A stretch of 58,665 bases of DNA from IMG/VR virus record IMGVR_UViG_3300036766_000466, positions 1 to 58,665 of that record; one strand, written 5' to 3'. Source of the stretch: a virus (Duplodnaviria > Caudoviricetes). The translations under genes and the position numbers were made by a program. How positions within the stretch are numbered: position 1 is the first letter of the stretch; the number at the start of each line of letters is the position of its first letter. Positions 57,172 to 58,665 of the stretch are shown here, piece after piece. A model generated the notes under the pieces. That model was not told the origin of the DNA and made no database searches. It saw nothing but the letters and a program-made list of their open reading frames with translations.

Positions 57172-57368
57172 CCAATCACTCTCCTCTGATTCTCGCAGTC
57201 CTCAATCCTCAACTCCTCAGCGGTCATTTCCCACCCGTATGAATTTTGTGGAGTCCGAGGATGGTTTCTTTGTGCGTTTTCCAAAACTCCGAAGCACCTT
57301 CTCCCATGAGCTTGATTGATGTGACATATTTTCACAGGTTTTAACTTATTGAGAGTTATCAAGCATAC

Positions 57369-57704
57369 TTAATCAGCCACCACTCTAGGAGTATTGGTCA
57401 GATGGTCATACTCAACTTTCCGCCGAACAATGTAATCCCCTGCCGGAAGAACCTGCGTATCATGTCGATCTTCCAATACACACTTCACCTGGGCCTCATC
57501 CTCGACATGAACAAACAGAGTCCCATCTACTCCCTCATAGACATCAACACCGTCCTGGGCCACTAGGATATGGTGGTTCCCTGAAATTTCAGAGTTTGCC
57601 AGAATATATCGGCCATCCTTCTGCTCAACCTTCTTCGCAGACTTTGGCTTATTAGCACCACTAATTACAGCAACCTCACCATGAAAATAGACTAGTTTCT
57701 TCAT
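57369..57704 (-). CDS. Conserved partner of DUF6745 proteins
   Basis: HGEV...SE.SGNHH...H....LPAG.Y.VRR..EY...VAD. Confidence 0.8.
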   Translation of the reverse strand: MKKLVYFHGEVAVISGANKPKSAKKVEQKDGRYILANSEISGNHHILVAQDGVDVYEGVDGTLFVHVEDEAQVKCVLEDRHDTQVLPAGDYIVRRKVEYDHLTNTPRVVAD

Positions 57705-58665
57705 TTGATTCCTCCTATGGAATACTCTTCCTCGTTAATTCCAAGCTGAAAATCCAACGCCTCTCCAATTGTCTTACATTTTGGGTCAATCCCTTCCAAG
57801 TGATAGACTCCAGTAGTCTGATTCTTCATCCAAATATAGGGACAGTAACGTTTCTGAAAACCAGTCTCAGACATAAACTTACCCATATCTAGTAGCTCAT
57901 ACTCAGACTTCGCCCACCACGGGTCATTATGCCTATCCCACTTATCAATAGTCTCGCCATAACCTTTCATCTTAACCATCCCGGCCTTTCTAATAAACTC
58001 GGCCTTTTGGTCAGCGTTCTTCAAACTATTAAACTGTTCCAGTTTTAATGCTTCTGCCGGAGTCTCAATAAGCCATCTAGGAACCCCAATTCCATTTAAA
58101 TGCCATAGTCCCCACCCATCGGGCCAACTAATTGACATCCCAGATTCTGAGTGTAAACGGCCTTGAAAGTTTCTATTGATCTGAGACGGCCTGGCGCATA
58201 CCATCACAAAGTCTTTATTAGGACAAATATAGCTAACTGATTCGCATACTTTTCTGTAAGCTTCGGCTCTCTCCATAATGTCTTTATCGAGTTTTAATCC
58301 GCAAACATCGATCATAAAACTTAAAGAGGCGGGCCCGTAATATGAGTACCCATAACCTACCCAAAACTGTCCACCTAGCCAGTAGTGCCATTCGATATCC
58401 AGTCCAAGTTTTCTGATAATCTTTAAAGCACCGTCCACAGCATCGCCCACAGCATCGCCCACAGCACCGCGCATAGCACCGCGCATAGCACCGTCCACAG
58501 CACCGTCCACAGCACCGCGCACAGCATCGCCAACAGCACCGCCCACAGCACCGCCCACAGCACCGCGCACAGCATCGCGCACAGCATCGCGCACAGCATC
58601 GCCCACATCACCGTCCACAGCATCGCGCACAGCATCGCGCACAGCATCGCCCACAGCACCGCGCA
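57701..58665 (-). CDS. DUF6745-type protein with tetrapeptide repeats (5' end outside window)
   Basis: RP..I....GRLH....I.WPDGWGLWHLNGI.VP motif; frame open to the window edge. Confidence 0.8.
   Translation of the reverse strand, partial: RGAVGDAVRDAVRDAVDGDVGDAVRDAVRDAVRGAVGGAVGGAVGDAVRGAVDGAVDGAMRGAMRGAVGDAVGDAVDGALKIIRKLGLDIEWHYWLGGQFWVGYGYSYYGPASLSFMIDVCGLKLDKDIMERAEAYRKVCESVSYICPNKDFVMVCARPSQINRNFQGRLHSESGMSISWPDGWGLWHLNGIGVPRWLIETPAEALKLEQFNSLKNADQKAEFIRKAGMVKMKGYGETIDKWDRHNDPWWAKSEYELLDMGKFMSETGFQKRYCPYIWMKNQTTGVYHLEGIDPKCKTIGEALDFQLGINEEEYSIGGIK
58428..58665. repeat. 12-bp tandem repeat, about 20 units, encoding AV[RGD][DG]
   Basis: gcaYcgNNcaca units run to the window end. Confidence 0.95.

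Larger units (their letters stand above)
1..58665 (-). mobile_element. Tailed phage/prophage genome segment (siphovirus-like; Mu-like head genes, GTA/lambda-like tail tip)
   Basis: Terminase, portal, protease, capsid, tail tube, tape measure and tail-tip genes are co-oriented in canonical order, and no host housekeeping flank is seen. Confidence 0.95.

Noticed and set aside
58423-58659. MLWAMLCA repeat ORF
   Set aside because: Shadow frame of the 12-bp repeat
58428-58665. Possible CRISPR array
   Set aside because: Contiguous 12-bp units with no spacers, in frame within a CDS

Overview
The whole window is a tailed dsDNA phage or prophage segment. No integrase, replication genes, tRNA, rRNA or CRISPR array are visible. 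Almost all genes are on the minus strand and many are joined by ATGA/TAATG overlaps. In transcription order (right to left) it carries: small early-type ORFs; a TonB-dependent receptor; MazG-like, apt, nucleosidase, GT4 and DUF4430 genes; terminase; a portal fused to a MuF domain; fibre/LamG genes; protease, scaffold, cement and major capsid; head-tail joining genes; an ~18.8 kb enzyme island; and a siphovirus tail module (tube, chaperone with -1 frameshift, tape measure, DUF2460, DUF2163, NlpC/P60, split tail-tip protein), then lysis-type genes. The island holds GT4/GT9/GT2 glycosyltransferases, gmhA-hddA-hddC GDP-heptose genes, three methyltransferases, metK, two B12-binding radical SAMs and one radical SAM/SPASM. 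The main hypothesis is a phage-encoded system that heptosylates and methylates virion proteins, with its own SAM and cobalamin supply. An [S/T]-G-D tripeptide is strongly over-represented in virion proteins (25 copies in one fibre) and is a candidate sequon. All family calls come from motif recognition by eye; no database searches were run.
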